In this document: positions 29,586 to 43,462 of the stretch, piece after piece
Position numbering within the stretch: position 1 is the stretch's first letter
How the letters are laid out: every line of letters starts with the position of its first letter
Assembly (NCBI RefSeq): GCF_009914755.1
Contig: NC_060925.1
Strand: one strand, 5' to 3'
Length of the DNA stretch: 64,000 nt
DNA from: the human T2T-CHM13v2.0 reference genome, Homo sapiens
Position numbers and translations under genes: made by a program
Notes under the pieces: model-generated
What the model was told of the DNA's origin: nothing
Database searches by the model: none
What the model saw: the letters and a program-made list of their open reading frames with translations, nothing else

Positions 29586-29983
29586 TGTTTTATTGTAGGA
29601 CAAGTTTCCAGGAAAACAAACTGAGCTGAAATTTTGAATGGAGGTAGTTTATTGGAGAGTGCTCTTGGGAACAATGCTTACAAGAATATGAGGGAAGGAT
29701 GATTCAGCAGAAGGAAAAGTGAAGTTGTAGTGCCTTTGTAACAGAGGTCTCACTCAATACCATAGTTGCAATCTCATTCAATTCATAGAGCCCTGAAACT
29801 TGAATGGCTGTTCAAAGATGTCCAAATGAGGCAAGAAGACTTGGGCTTTTGCTACCATGCTGATTAGCTCTTGGATATGGGCTACCCCCCAAAGAAAGGC
29901 TGTAATCTTGGGCAAGGCAGCTCCCTTTGGTTGATGGCCTTCCTGAATGGAGGATCTGGGTGGCACACCATAGCACCTTCTAT
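29586..29983 (-). mobile_element. LTR33-like ERVL LTR
   Basis: 'gtagtttattggagagtgctcttgggaaca...cttgggcaaggcagctccct...ggatctgggtggcacacca'. Confidence 0.6.
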
Positions 29984-30143
29984 AGACTATAAGGCAGAAG
30001 TTCAGCTATATGAATCAAGCAGACAATATCTTGAATAGATAACCATAGTTCACTCTAATAGTATCAGATGAGAGCATCTAGGCTAATTTTACATCTTCCC
30101 TTAACACCCTCACTTCAGTCCATTCCATTCCACTTCAACATAC

Positions 30144-31308
30144 TGTTGGTGAAAAACACCCAAACTCTGAAGTATTTAAAGAGGCTTACTCTGAGCCAAT
30201 TTGAGTGACCATGGCCTGGGGAACAGTCTCAAGTGTGCCCGAGGTGATTGACTCTTACAGTTTGGTTTTACCTGTTTTAGGGAGACAAAAGTTACAAGCA
30301 AAGACATAAATCAACACACCTCAGGTATACATTGGTTGGGCCCAGAAAGGTGGAACATCTTGAAGGAGGGTGGGGGGTGTGCTTACAGATCATAAGTAGA
30401 TTCAAAGATTTTTCTGAGTAGCAATTGATTGATAGAGTTATGTTTTGTCTAAAGACTTTCAGTCAGTAGAAAGAAATGCTTAAGATGAGAGGGGTTGTGG
30501 AAACCAAGGTTCTTGTTATGTAGCTGAAGCCTCCAGGTAGCAGCCCTCAGACAGAATAAATGGCAAATGTTTCTTTTTGGACCTTAAAAGTTGTCAAACT
30601 TGGCCGGACTTGGTGGCTCACACCTGTAATCCCAGCACTTTGGGAGGCTGAGGCAGGTGGATCACAAAGTCAGGAGTTCAAGACCAGCTGGGCCAACATG
30701 GTGAAACCCCATTTCTAATAAAATGCAAAAATTAGCCAGGCATGGTGGCACATGCCTGTAATCCCAGCAGCTCAGGAGGCTGAGGCAGGGAATTGCTTAA
30801 ACCCAGGAGGCGGAGGTTGCAGTGAGCTGAGATCGCGCCACTGCACTCCAGCCTGGGTGACAGAGCAAGACTCCGTCTCAAAAAAAAAAAAAACAAAAAG
30901 GTGTCAAACTCTTAATCTTAATCTCTGCTACATCCAGGAAATGCCTGGCAGCGTTAACGGAGGCTCTCTATAAATGCAAATTTCCCCCACAAAAGATGGC
31001 TTTGCAGGGCCATAACAAAATATGTCAAATATATTGTGGGGTAAAATATTTTGATTTCCTTCAAGATCTGCTATCTTTCATGTGATGTTATACTAAAGAC
31101 AGGATGGAATTTGGTACAGTCTGCTTCGTCAGTCTTTTGATTTCTATTTTAATGTTAGTGCTGGTCAGTTGTGTATAATGAGGTTTGTCCAGCCTCCCTT
31201 CCATTCATGGCCTGGGATTCAGTTTTTCAGGTTTCTATGGGATCTCATTGGCCAAGAGGGGGTTTGTTCAGTTGGTTGGAGGAATTAAGATTTTATTTCT
31301 TGTTTACA
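30144..31308 (-). mobile_element. MER4-family ERV1 solo LTR, interrupted by an Alu
   Basis: 'ctgagccaatttgagtgaccatggcc...ttttagggagacaaaagttacaagcaaagacataaatcaa...tttcccccacaaaagatggctttgcagggcc...gattttatttcttgtttaca'. Confidence 0.8.
30602..30895 (+). mobile_element. Alu (AluSg-like)
   Basis: Full Alu; TSD aaaag(t/g)tgtcaaact. Confidence 0.95.
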
Positions 31309-31408
31309 AAACAAACACACATGCTGATGAAAACGGGATTCCAGTATGAGTTAAGTTTGAGTCAGTAACAAGGCAGGGTTAAATGTTGAGGATGCAGGTC
31401 TTTCCTGT

Positions 31409-31749
31409 TGATAGATGCAGGAGGCAGATAAGGGAGAGGGTCCCCAGAGAATCTCTGACCTGCCTGCACACTGGGAGAATGGGGTGGAGCCAGGGCAAGT
31501 TCATGCGTGTACAGGGGTGAGGAGCCTAGCCTCTGCAGTTCCTGTGTGTGGCCTGGAATCAGTGGGTGAAGTGGGAGTCCTTGTTAGCAGGATCCCCTCT
31601 CGCTTTGCTGGAAGTTTTTTTCTTCTTTTCCTTTTTCACCCAATAAATTTCATTCCCTTCACCCTTCAATGTGTCCGTGTTCTTAATTCTTCCTGGTCAT
31701 GTGACAAGAACCCAGTTTTCGCTGCACTAAGGAGCAAAGTTCTGCATCA
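31409..31749 (+). mobile_element. MER48-like ERV1 solo LTR
   Basis: tgatagatgcaggaggcagataaggg...cccaataaa...ctaaggagcaaagttctgcatca; near-TSD ctgt/ctat. Confidence 0.75.
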
Positions 31750-32477
31750 CTATCTGCAGCTGAGCAGAAGGGACAAGGCAGTCATGGACTCCAGAGAGCA
31801 AAAATATTACCATTAAAAACCAGAGATGTATAGATCTGAAATGTGGAGGCCATATAAATTATGTTTCTATTTAAATAAGAAATTCCAACTCCTTATCAAC
31901 CCCTTCAATTCTATCACTCATAGAATTAGAACTCATAGAACATTCATTTATTCATTCTTTAAATATTTCTAAATTAATTATTATATGCTAGGCACTGAGC
32001 TAGAGTCCAAGAATTCAAAAAATAAAACATAGTTCCTGCTTTTAAGGGCTTTGCAGCTAATGGGGAAAACAGATAAGATAGGACTGTGGCATGAATGCTG
32101 GTTACTGGGTTTGCTAGGGTCATGGAGTGCACTTTATTAAATAGACTATAGGGCTTTCCTGTCTGCATTTCTGTCAATGTTGCATTTAACAACAGTTGAA
32201 ATGGGCCTTTTTGTGCTTGGAGTGGTCTACAATTTAAACTTAAGATCTGGTTAAAATTGTCTGACTTCAATTTGAAGAGAAAAAATTACATTATAGTATA
32301 AAAGACAGTAACTGCAGTCAATGATTAAGCAATGTCCCTCTAAAATTATCCAAGGGCTTATTTAAGTGCACTGTTAAAATATTTTGGAACTCTAAGAATT
32401 GCTGAAACAGAGCATGTCTTTCCAAGTTTCTATCTTTGTCCTCATGTGTTCTCTTTTATGTATGTTTGCCCTGGGGC

Positions 32478-32536
32478 TTAAGAATGAAGTAACTTTTTTA
32501 ATGTGAGTTAAGAATGAAGTAACTTTTTAAATGTGG
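32478..32536 (+). repeat. 30-bp tandem duplication
   Basis: 'ttaagaatgaagtaacttttt(t/a)aatgtg' at 32478 and 32508. Confidence 0.9.
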
Positions 32537-32639
32537 TTCCAGTTAAAAGGTATGATTCCTGATTCTCCAACATTCTGATTTTTAAAATCTGCATTTGTTT
32601 GTATCTTATTTGGGAAGGAATTTACCAGATTTTCCATAG

Positions 32640-32835
32640 CACACATCATTTTCTAACATGCTATATAATTTACTTATTCATTATATTATTTATTGTCTGT
32701 ATGACCTTGCTGGAATGTAAACTCTGTAAGAACAAAGATCTTTGTTTTGCTCAGTGTTGTATCCCTCCTTCCTAAAAAATACTTGGCATGTGGCATATAT
32801 TAATATTTCATAAATATGTGTAGAATAAATGAAAT
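32640..32835 (+). mobile_element. L2 3' end
   Basis: 'ctggaatgtaaactctgtaagaacaaag...gtatcc...cttggcatgtggca...taaatatgtgtagaataaatgaa'. Confidence 0.65.
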
Positions 32836-35800
32836 AAAAGATAAAGGAAGACCAGTTCCACAGACCATTGATGATGATGTGCTATGAATGGAAGAGTATA
32901 AATAACGCAATTACTTGCAGCCACTAAATAAATTACAGTATGTTAGGAAGCTCACCATTTGTCTTCCCATAGAATGACCCATCAATAGCTCCTGAACTTG
33001 GAGTTTTTCCTAATAGTATGTCCTCTTAGTTTTCTAGTTCAGACTTCTCTGGTCAGGCCCATTTCACCATGTGTATCTTAGGCCGGTTAGATATGGTTCA
33101 TTTCATGTCACATGGACCCACCATAACTCCTTTGAGATGGTACATATAAACCAAACCAAGTTAGAGGCAGAGGGAGGCTTGCTTCATTTCCATGTCTAAT
33201 ACCACAGAAAAACAACAGACTTCTTCTAAAAATGCGTAATTGATAAATGGAAATACTTCAATTTTTCCACCTTACTTGCCAGAATTAAGTTAGTTTATCT
33301 TACCTAGTTAGAGTGCAAAGGCAGATTACTTCAAAAGTATATTTCTTTGATAGGACTACCTTGAAATTTTGACCTAAAAGATATGGGATTATTAAGCCTT
33401 TTTCTGTTAATTAAATGTTCTTTTTGAATATCCAATATAGTTGAATGAAAGTGATGGTACAATGGCTTTTACTCTCTGAAGTTCAAGTAATGCATGACCA
33501 TCCTACAAAGAGAACCCACTATTTTCACAAATAGAACCCACTTGAGAATGGAATAATCCATTTGTGTTTAGGGAATAGGACTGTCCCAGTGCAAAGATGT
33601 GGCTTGCTTCAGAGCTAAAATTCATCAGATTGATCCCATTAAAATAGAACTTATGTGAGAGTAATGAATTTTAAAGCCCCAAAAATAATTTTTTGAAGTT
33701 ACAAATACAAGCAAATAGTGAGTTGAATTATTAACTTTAATAAATTTGTCATCATAAAAGTATGTTTTAATTTGACTTCAATGGTTTTTTGCTCTGGATT
33801 CAAGCCAGGATGCTGTCATCCGAAAAGACGATCCGTGATCAAGAAAGAAACGTGTTGGGGTTTAGAAAACTGGGAGTTCAATACTGTGGAAACAGTTTTG
33901 AGACTCTAAATCTGAAAACTGAGAAATGTTTAGGCATGAGGAGGTGGTAGACAGTGCCATCGTATATGCATTATATCAAGGGATACCATTCTGAGTGCCC
34001 CAGTCCATGCCGGGCAGAGGCTCTGAGGATAGGGCAGCAGTTGTTGTAAAGTCGCATGGTGTGAGGATGCTGCTGGCTTACTAACACAGGAAAGTTGCTT
34101 CCAGTGTCTATGTTCCGTTTTGCTTATATGCCTGCTGGTCTTGGAGCCTCCTGAAGACCTGCAGAAGAAAGCAATTAAAGGTAGGCAATGGAGATATAAA
34201 GCACAGATTTTGAAACCAGATGACATCCCTCATTAGAGATGACTTATTTAACCTCTTTCATAGTTATGGAGAGGCAATCTCAGCACCTCTCATGGCAGAC
34301 TTGAGATTCCCTTTGGTTATGGCCACTTCATATTTCCACTAGTGAATAGAATAGTTCTCACCAACTGTTCTCTTGGCTTCTTCGTGTTTATTCTCCAAAA
34401 TTACCCAATACCTATCCCACCGCTATCTTAAGTGGCCCAGTGTAGTTATACCATCCTTTAAGATAACTTCCTTTCCTTAGGCCTCAAGCCAGCTAGGTGG
34501 ACTCTCAGTGTTCTTGTTCCTGAGGACAAGTCTTCTCAGGCTGGTACACAGCCTCAGCCTCACAGTTGAAGCTAATCTTACAGATGACACAGTAGGTAGT
34601 CTAAGAAAATGCTTGATATACCAGAAAAAGTAAGGCAATATATTTTTCAAAATATTTGTTAAAACTTTGCTAATTTCTATATTTTACTTGGCTTTGCATT
34701 AGTATCATTTTTTATTAGGAATTTCGCATGGGAAGAATGTTGGAGCACCTCCTAATCTTTTTCAGTGCTTAAGGCCTGCAAAAGTCTTTGTTTGGCTCCC
34801 ACCCCAACCCTAAAGTTTTTATTATCTTTTCTCTGGATCATGCACCCACATTTTCTTAAACTAGTCTCTTTTCTTGTAACTTGAGGCAAATGACCCAACC
34901 TCTGCTGCTGTTTTCTCAGATCCTGCTTTTCTCACTGCTCTCAATTTTTGCCTCTTTTTGATGTCACTTCCACTGCCCTATCTATAGAAGCAACAAACAC
35001 CCCTATAAAATCTGTTGACCCCATGTTCTATTTCCTTCTTGTGACAACCCATTACCTCCCAAACAAATGAATTCATAACCATTGATCTAGACTAGTTCTT
35101 TTCTATAGCTAAAGTGGGATGGCTATACTACACATATCTTTGCATAGATCCTTCCTAAACTCTCTCTCACCCTAACACCTGCTTCCTTCACCTCTGCATA
35201 AGCAGTTGGAGACTGAGGTGGGTGTGGGGTGAGGAAGAACAGCTCATCTCAAATTTTCTAAAATCATCCGTCATCACCAACAGAAGCAGATCCATGCGGT
35301 ATTAACAGCTGGCATGGTGACCCAGGAGGTTTGATAAAATGCATATTTTTACCTATACAGGGTGATGAGAAAGTGTTACCACTTCATATGGCAGCATTAT
35401 AATTAGGTCTATAATCAACAAACACCTGGGGAATAAATGAATATGTGTCTTTGTGTGCATATGTATGTGAGATACAGACAGAGAGGATTTAAATATATTT
35501 GTTTCTTACTGAAGGAACTGTTTTGTACTACATAGTGTTTCACTGAAACATGGAAGTGTCTCCTGGTCGAATGACAATGGGTCATATGTAATTGGTCCTC
35601 ACCAAACCTGCCCTGTATATATATTTATATCCTCTCTAGTTGTCTTTTGTCAAGTAGTATGAAAGAAGAGCTGGAATCACAGGCTCAGCAACCCTGTTGG
35701 CAGGGTCATACCATCAGTTGTATTTTTTGTTTATATTTCCTGCCTTTAAAAAATGATACTAGTAATATTTAATACATTCTTACTGTAAATTATTCAAATA

Positions 35801-35904
35801 ATATCAAGTACAAGAAATATATAAACAGAAATGTGAATATCTTCATTCCTCCCACACTGCCTTATTTACCTAGAGGGGAGAATGTCAACGTTTTGCCAAA
35901 CCTC

Positions 35905-37462
35905 TGCTATGGTCTAAATGTTTGTATACCCCAAACTTCACATGTTGAAACCTAATCACCAAGGTAATGGTATTAGAAGGTAAGACCTTTGGGAGATGGA
36001 ACTAGTGCCCTTATAAAAAAGACTTGAGGGAACCTGTTTGCCCCTTTTGTGAAGACACAGCAAGAAGGCGCTACTCATGAGGAACAGGCACTCACAGACA
36101 CTGAATCCTTTTGATGGCAGTGGCTGCTGCCATCATGCCGGCTGCAGCAGGGAAGTGCAGCTGGGACTGCACGCTCCAGGAAGCAAGTGGGAGCCCCGCC
36201 CCTTCTGAGTTGGGATGGGAGCTCCCCGTGCTGCTGCAGCTGCCCAAACCACAGCTGCAGACCCAGGCCTCCTGCTCTATAGAGCAGACAGGAGCCCCGA
36301 CCGGGGCTGCAGCAGCGCAAACTGCAACTGTGGATCCGAGCCTCCCTGTGCTCTTGGGGGAGCTGGGAACAGGTAGGATCTGCCCTCCCAGGTGTCGCTG
36401 CAGCTGCAGCACCTGTGGCTGCAGACTTGGGCCTCCGGCTTCAGGAAGTCGGTAGAAGCAGGGAACAAGCGGGAAACCTGTCCCTTCCAAGTTGGTGGGG
36501 CAGGAGCTCCCAGGTGCAGCTGCTGCTGCCCTCCCAAGTACAGGACCTGGGGATCTCTGCAGCCTGCACCCTTGGGAGCCCTTGGGCACCCCAGGAAGGT
36601 CCCCCTCATCCCCATCCCTGCAGGCTCAGGGGTGTCTGCTCCCACTGTCTGGCTTCTCTCGGCTCCCAGCACCCTCTCCAACCTCAGAGTGGGGTTGGAG
36701 CCAAGCCCTGGGGCCATGAATGGCAGCTGGAGGCAGACAAGAGCCCTAGACAGAAGGGGTGGGGTCCCCAATAAGGCCCCACCCTCAGGCAGTGGAGGGC
36801 CTGAAGGCTGGGGACTGGGCTGCTAGTTTCTCCCACCGGAGTGGGAACTCGGGGTGCCTCTTCCAGCCTGCTCATGGCCGCCCATGGACCAGTCAGCACA
36901 CACTTCCTCCCCTCTGAGGTCCATAAAAGCCCTGGGCTCAGCCAGAGTAGGGCAGAGGATGGCTGGAGGACGAAGAGTGCAGACAGACAGGCCAATCAGC
37001 TGCAGACAGGAGTACCCTTTCCACTGACAGCAGCAGAGATGACCTGCTAGCAGAGAGGAGCTGCTCTGTCTGCTGAGAGTTTCAGACACCTACAGAGACA
37101 TCTGAATGACTTGCCTGCATGGAGGAGCCACCCTCTCCAGGACCTCCTCTCTGCTGGGAGCTGAACATTCGACAGGATGACCTGCCTACGGAGAGGAGCT
37201 ACCCACTCTTCTGAGCTGTTCTATCACTAAATAAAACTCTTCTTCACCCTTCACTTGTCTGGATGCAGGACAAGAGCTTGGGCAAAGGCACCATGGCCAC
37301 AGAGGTTTCCAGTCAAAGAAATCAACGCTCCAGAGATCCCGTAACATTTTGGTTCCTTGATCTTGGACTTCCCAGCCTAGAACTGTGAGCAACAAATTTC
37401 TGCTGCTTTTAAATTACCTAGCCTAAGGTATTTTGTTATAGCAGCCTAAATGGACTAAGACA
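35905..37462 (+). mobile_element. MST-family MaLR LTR split by MER52
   Basis: Start tgctatggtctaaatgtttgt, end gttatagcagcctaaatggactaagaca; near-TSD acctc/acatc. Confidence 0.8.
36112..37346 (+). mobile_element. MER52 ERV1 solo LTR (GC-rich)
   Basis: Start tgatggcagtggctgctgccatca, end ccagagatcccgtaaca; contains CCAAT, ataaaa and aataaa in LTR order. Confidence 0.88.
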
Positions 37463-37991
37463 ACATCTTTTGGTCTTCGGTCTTTTTAGAAAATGCATTT
37501 ATACATATGCACTACACACCACACAGTTTAGCTATTTGTTTTACACACATGATAATAATATATGGATCATCATTCAACCTGTTTTTTTCATTTAACAATA
37601 GGTCTTTAGAGCTTTGCACATCACTGCAGTCAGCTCTAGCTCCTTCTTATAATGACAACCAGTATTTCATATTATGCATATAATATGTATTGTTTGACCA
37701 TTTCTCTATATAACCAATAATGAATGTTCTTGTATGCATCTTCATGAAGCTATGTAAGTATTTCTTTAGAATGGAGTAATTGCTGAATGAAAGGGTATAT
37801 ACATTTTTCTAAAGTGATCTTTCAGATTCACTCCCTTCTATATTTTATATTTCCTATCCATTTCTGCTTAAACATTTAATATTTTCAATTATTTTAGTTG
37901 ATACCATTCTGATAGGCAAAACTGGTACACTTGTTCTAATTTGCACTTTTCAGATGACAGTAAATTGGATATCTTTTTATTCTCTGTTTAT

Positions 37992-38202
37992 ACTTTTTCT
38001 GTAAATTTTCCTTTCCATCCTTTGTCCATTTTTTAAATAGGCTATTTGGCATTTCCTTATTAATTTGCAAGAATTCAATGCATGCTAGATTATTAACTTT
38101 TTTCTGTAAATTTTCCTTTCCATCTTTTGTCCGTTTTTTAAATAGGCTATTTGGCATTTCCTTATTAATTTGTAAGAATTCAATGTATGCTAGATTATTA
38201 AC
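37992..38202 (+). repeat. ~105-bp two-copy tandem duplication in degenerate antisense L1M
   Basis: Near-identical copies start at 37992 and 38096; also seen as the repeated peptide MPNSLFKK.TKDGKENLQKK in ORF 37936..38157. Confidence 0.92.
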
Positions 38203-38982
38203 TATTAGCCCTTTAAATATCTTGCAAAGTTTTCTCCCTGTAATGTAACTTAATTTTACATATGATGTCTTTTACTGCATTGAAGTTTTAATTGATTCAA
38301 TCTACAATTATTTTTATGGCTTTTTTTGCCTTGTTTAGAAATGATTTCCTTGTTCCAAAGTTAGAAAAATACGCTACTATATTTTCTTCTCACATACATT
38401 TCAGGAATAACTTTTAAATTTATTTGGAGTTTATTTCAGTGAGTGCCATTAGGTATGGAGTCAATTTTTTCCCCAAATATATATTAATAGTTATTTCTCT
38501 TAACACAATTTGGTAAATTTCTTCAGCTGACTTAAAATGTCACTTTTATCATAAACTAACTTTTAAAATATACCTAGGTCTGTACCTAGACATTGGCTTA
38601 GAATTCCAATTTCCAGAAAATTTGGCACATAACATTCAACATTGAGAAATAGCCTAGGAAACTTGAAGAAAAAAACACAGAAAGTAGAGATACACAAAAT
38701 ACAAAATGATAAAGGGGAAATAACCACATTAGAAGAACCATTTAAGATGGCTGAAATCTATGCAAATGAATTTTAAAACCTGGATAGAAATGAATAACTT
38801 TCTAGAAATTCACCACATTTATCAAAAGTGACTCCAGAAGAGATGGAAAATCTAAACAGTCTGATTTTTATAGAAGAAATCAAGAAAACTTTCAAAGAGT
38901 TACACCCCCATCAAGGCAACAAGACCCATAGTATTACAGATGAATTTGATAAAGGCATTAAAGGGCAAATAATTCCAATGGC

Positions 38983-40990
38983 TTTTTTTTTTTTTTTAAT
39001 TGATCATTCCTGGGTGTTTCTCGCAGAGGGGGATTTGGCAGGGTCATATGACAATAGTGGAGGGAAGGTCAGCAGATTAACAAGTGAACAAAAGTCTCTG
39101 GTTTTCCTAGGCAGAGGACCCTGCGGCCCTCTGCAGTGTTTGTGTCCCTGGGTACTTGAGATTAGGGAGTGGTGATGACCCTTAACGAGCATGCTGCCTT
39201 CAAGCATCTGTTTAACAAAGCACATCTTGCACCACCCTTAATCCATTTAACCCTGAGTGGACACAGCACATGTTTCAGAGAGCACAGGGTTGGGGGCAAG
39301 GTCACAGATCAACAGGATCCCAAGGCAGAAGAATCTTTCTTAGTACAGAACAAAATGAAAAGTCTCCCATGTCTACTTCCTTCCACACAGACAGGGCAAC
39401 CATCCAATTTCTCAATCTTTTCCCCACCCCTCCCCCCTTTCTATTCCACAAAACCGCCATCGTCATCCTGGCCCGTTCTCAATGAGCTGTTGGGTACACC
39501 TCCCAGACGGGGTGGTGGCCGGGCAGAGGGGCTCCTCACTTCCCAGAAGGGGCGGCCGGGCAGAGGTGCCCCTCACCTCCTGGACGGGGCGGCTGGCCGG
39601 GCAGGGGGCTGACCCCCCCACCTCCCTCCCGGATGGGGCGGCTGGCCGGGCAGAGGGGCTCCTCACTTCCCAGTAGGGGCGGCCGGGCAGAGGCGCCCCT
39701 CACCTCCCGGACGGGGCGGCTGGCTGGGCGGGGTGCTGACCCCCCTACCTCCCTCCCGGACGGGGCGGCTGGCCAGGCAGAGGGGCTCCTCACTTCCCAG
39801 TAGGGGTGGCCGGGCAGAGGCGCCCCTCACCTCCCGGACAGGGAGGCTGGCCGGGCGGGGGGCTGACCCCCCCCACCTCCCTCCCGGATGGGGCGGCTGG
39901 CCGGGCGGGGTGCTGACCCCCCCACCTCCCTCCCGGACGGGGCGGCTGGCCAGGCGGGGGGCTGACGCCCCCACCTCCCTCCCGGATGGGGCGGCTGGCC
40001 TGGCGGGGGGCTGACCCCCCCACCTCCCTCCTGGACGGGGCGGCTGGCCGGGCGGAGACGCTCCTCACTTCCCAGACGGGGTGGCTGCCAGGCAGAGAGG
40101 CTCCTCACTTCTCAGACGGGGCGGCTGCCGGGCGGAGGGGCTCCTCACTTCTCAGACGGGGTGGTTGCCAGGCAGAGGGTCTCCTCACTTCTCAGATGGG
40201 GCGGCCGGGCAGAGACGCTCTTTACCTCCCAGACGGGGTCGCGGCCGGGCAGAGGTGCTCCTCACATCCCAGACGGGGCGGTGGGGCAGAGGCGCTCCCC
40301 ACATCTCAGATGATGGGCGGCCGGGCAGAGAGCTCCTCACTTCCTAGATGTGATGGCGGCCTGGAAGAGGCGCTCCTCACTTCCTAGATGGGATGGCGGC
40401 CGGGCAGAGACGCTCCTCACTTTCCAGACTGGGCAGCCAGGCAGAGGGGCTCCTCACATCCCAGATGATGGGTGGCCAGGCAGAGACGCTCCTCACTTCC
40501 CAGACGGGGTGGCGGCCGGGCAGAGGCTGCAATCTCGGCACTTTGGGAGGCCAAGGCAGGCAGCTGGGAGGTGGAGGTTGTAGCGAGCCGAGATCACGCC
40601 ACTGCACTCCAGCCTGGGCACCATTGAGCACTGAGTGAACAAGACTCCGTCTGCAATCCCGGCACCTTGGGAGGCCGAGGCTGGCGGATCACTCGCGGTT
40701 AGGAGCTGGAGACCAGCCCGGCCAACTCAGTGAAACCCCGTCTCCACCAAAAAAATACGAAAGCCAGTCAGGCGTGGTGGCACGCGCCTGCAATCGCAGG
40801 CACTTGGCAGGCTGAGGCAGGAGAATCAGGCAGGGAGGTTGCAGTGAGCCGAGATGGCAGCAGTACAGTCCAGCTTTGGCTCGGCATCAGAGGGAGATCG
40901 TGGAAAGAGAGGGAGAGGGAGACCGTGGAAAGAGAGGGAGAGGGAGACCGTGGGGAGAGGGAGAGGGAGAGGGAGAGGGAGAGGGAGGGA
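38983..40990 (-). mobile_element. Full-length SVA retrotransposon
   Basis: Left to right: poly(T), SINE-R (~39000-39490), GC-rich VNTR (~39490-40520), Alu-like region (~40520-40890) and (CCCTCT)n hexamers read as agggag (~40905-40990). Confidence 0.97.
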
Positions 40991-41053
40991 CTTTTTTTTT
41001 TTTTTTTTTTTGAGATGGAGTCTTGCTCTGTTGCCCAGGCTGGAGTGCAGTGG
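40991..41053 (-). mobile_element. Severely 5'-truncated Alu (tail plus ~42 bp)
   Basis: poly(T) followed by gagatggagtcttgctctgttgcccaggctggagtgcagtgg, then an abrupt switch to LTR sequence. Confidence 0.85.
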
Positions 41054-41162
41054 GGGTGGAGCCCTAGCCAGGGACCCACCTTTCTCTACCCACCACTTCC
41101 CTTCCCCACTTCCCTATCATTTAAAGGGACCACACTGTTCCCTTCTCAGCACTCCTATATCA
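41054..41162 (-). mobile_element. 5' ~110 bp of an LTR1/LTR27/LTR28-type ERV1 LTR
   Basis: Reverse complement reads tgatataggagtgctgagaaggg...ggtccctttaaatgatagggaagtggggaagggaagtggtgggtagag...ggtccctggctagggctccaccc. Confidence 0.65.
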
Positions 41163-41415
41163 AAACCTCCATATTCTCTTTATGAGACAGATATAACTGG
41201 GCTGCGTGTCAGGAGGTCCCTCATGTTAGGCCTGAGAACAGCTCAGAAGAGTGGGTAGCTCCTCTCTGTGTTCTGAGGGCTGGCTGGGGTGCTGGAGGTG
41301 GGCCAGGGCAGGTGTAAACTCTGCGCCTCATTGTTCCCTGGTGCCACCAGACATTGCTCAGGCCACCAGCACCATGAAGATCTGGACTTCGGAGCACGTC
41401 TTTGACCACCCATAG

Positions 41416-41547
<132 letters not shown>

Positions 41548-41610
41548 TAGGGACTGCTGTCCATTGTGAAGTCTCTTATTGGTGCAGCAAAAACCAAAAC
41601 ATGTGTGTGA

Positions 41611-42322
<712 letters not shown>

Positions 42323-42803
42323 TCATTTTAAAATTACAACTATACTTTAGGTAGATTTTTTTTGTTAAGCTGATATAAGGCTATGTGACTTTTGATCAAA
42401 ACAGAAAGGCTTCTAAATAAAAGGGATCATTTGAAATTAATGTTGTTTGAAATTACTGTCTGATTTTGAGGGTTCCAGTATTTATGTGAAAAATTAACAA
42501 GAAGTCCTTGGAAATTGGTATTGACATTAAATCTCTCTAAGGTAGAATTTTAAAGCTTTCCATACATTGGAACTCCACCTGCCTTTGGACCGACCCCAGA
42601 ACAGAGCAGAGCCACTTCCTATTGCCCTGCTGCTCTATACGCTTCAATAGCTTGCATAAGGGAATTCACTGAAAAGGAGAAATTGCATGGTTTTAAACTA
42701 TATTCTGTGTAAAATAACTTGCTCAGCTATAAACCACCATTAAAAACCAGTGTTTTGATTTGGTACTTAAATATTTTGAGAGTGAAAATTGTCACTAAAG
42801 TAA

Positions 42804-43161
<358 letters not shown>

Positions 43162-43163
43162 TA

Positions 43164-43462
43164 GGCCAGGCATGGTGGCTCACGCCTGTAATCCCAGCAC
43201 TTTGGAAGGCTGAGACGGGCGGATCATGAGGTCAGGAGATCGAGACCATCCTGGCTAACACGGTGAAACCCCCTCTCCACTAAAAATACAAAAAATTAGC
43301 CGGGTGTGGTGGTGGGCGCCTGTAGTCCCAGCTACTCAGGAGGCTGAGGCAGGAGAATGGCGTGAACCTGGGAGGCAGAGCTTGCAGTGAACCGAGATCG
43401 CACCACTGCCCTCCAGCCTGGGTGACAGAGCGAGACTCCATCTCAAAAAAAAAAAAAAAAAA
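43164..43462 (+). mobile_element. AluY
   Basis: Diagnostic 'gagatcgagaccatcctggctaacacggtgaaac' and 'gaatggcgtgaacc'; TSD aatac(a/t)gta. Confidence 0.93.

Noticed and set aside
36075-37089. Cluster of overlapping 100-165 aa ORFs
   Set aside because: Lie almost entirely within the GC-rich MER52 LTR; open frames on both strands reflect stop-codon scarcity.
39169-41258. Many repetitive ORFs and a CRISPR-like or minisatellite appearance
   Set aside because: These are the SVA VNTR and Alu-like domains: tandem units without unique spacers, in eukaryotic DNA.
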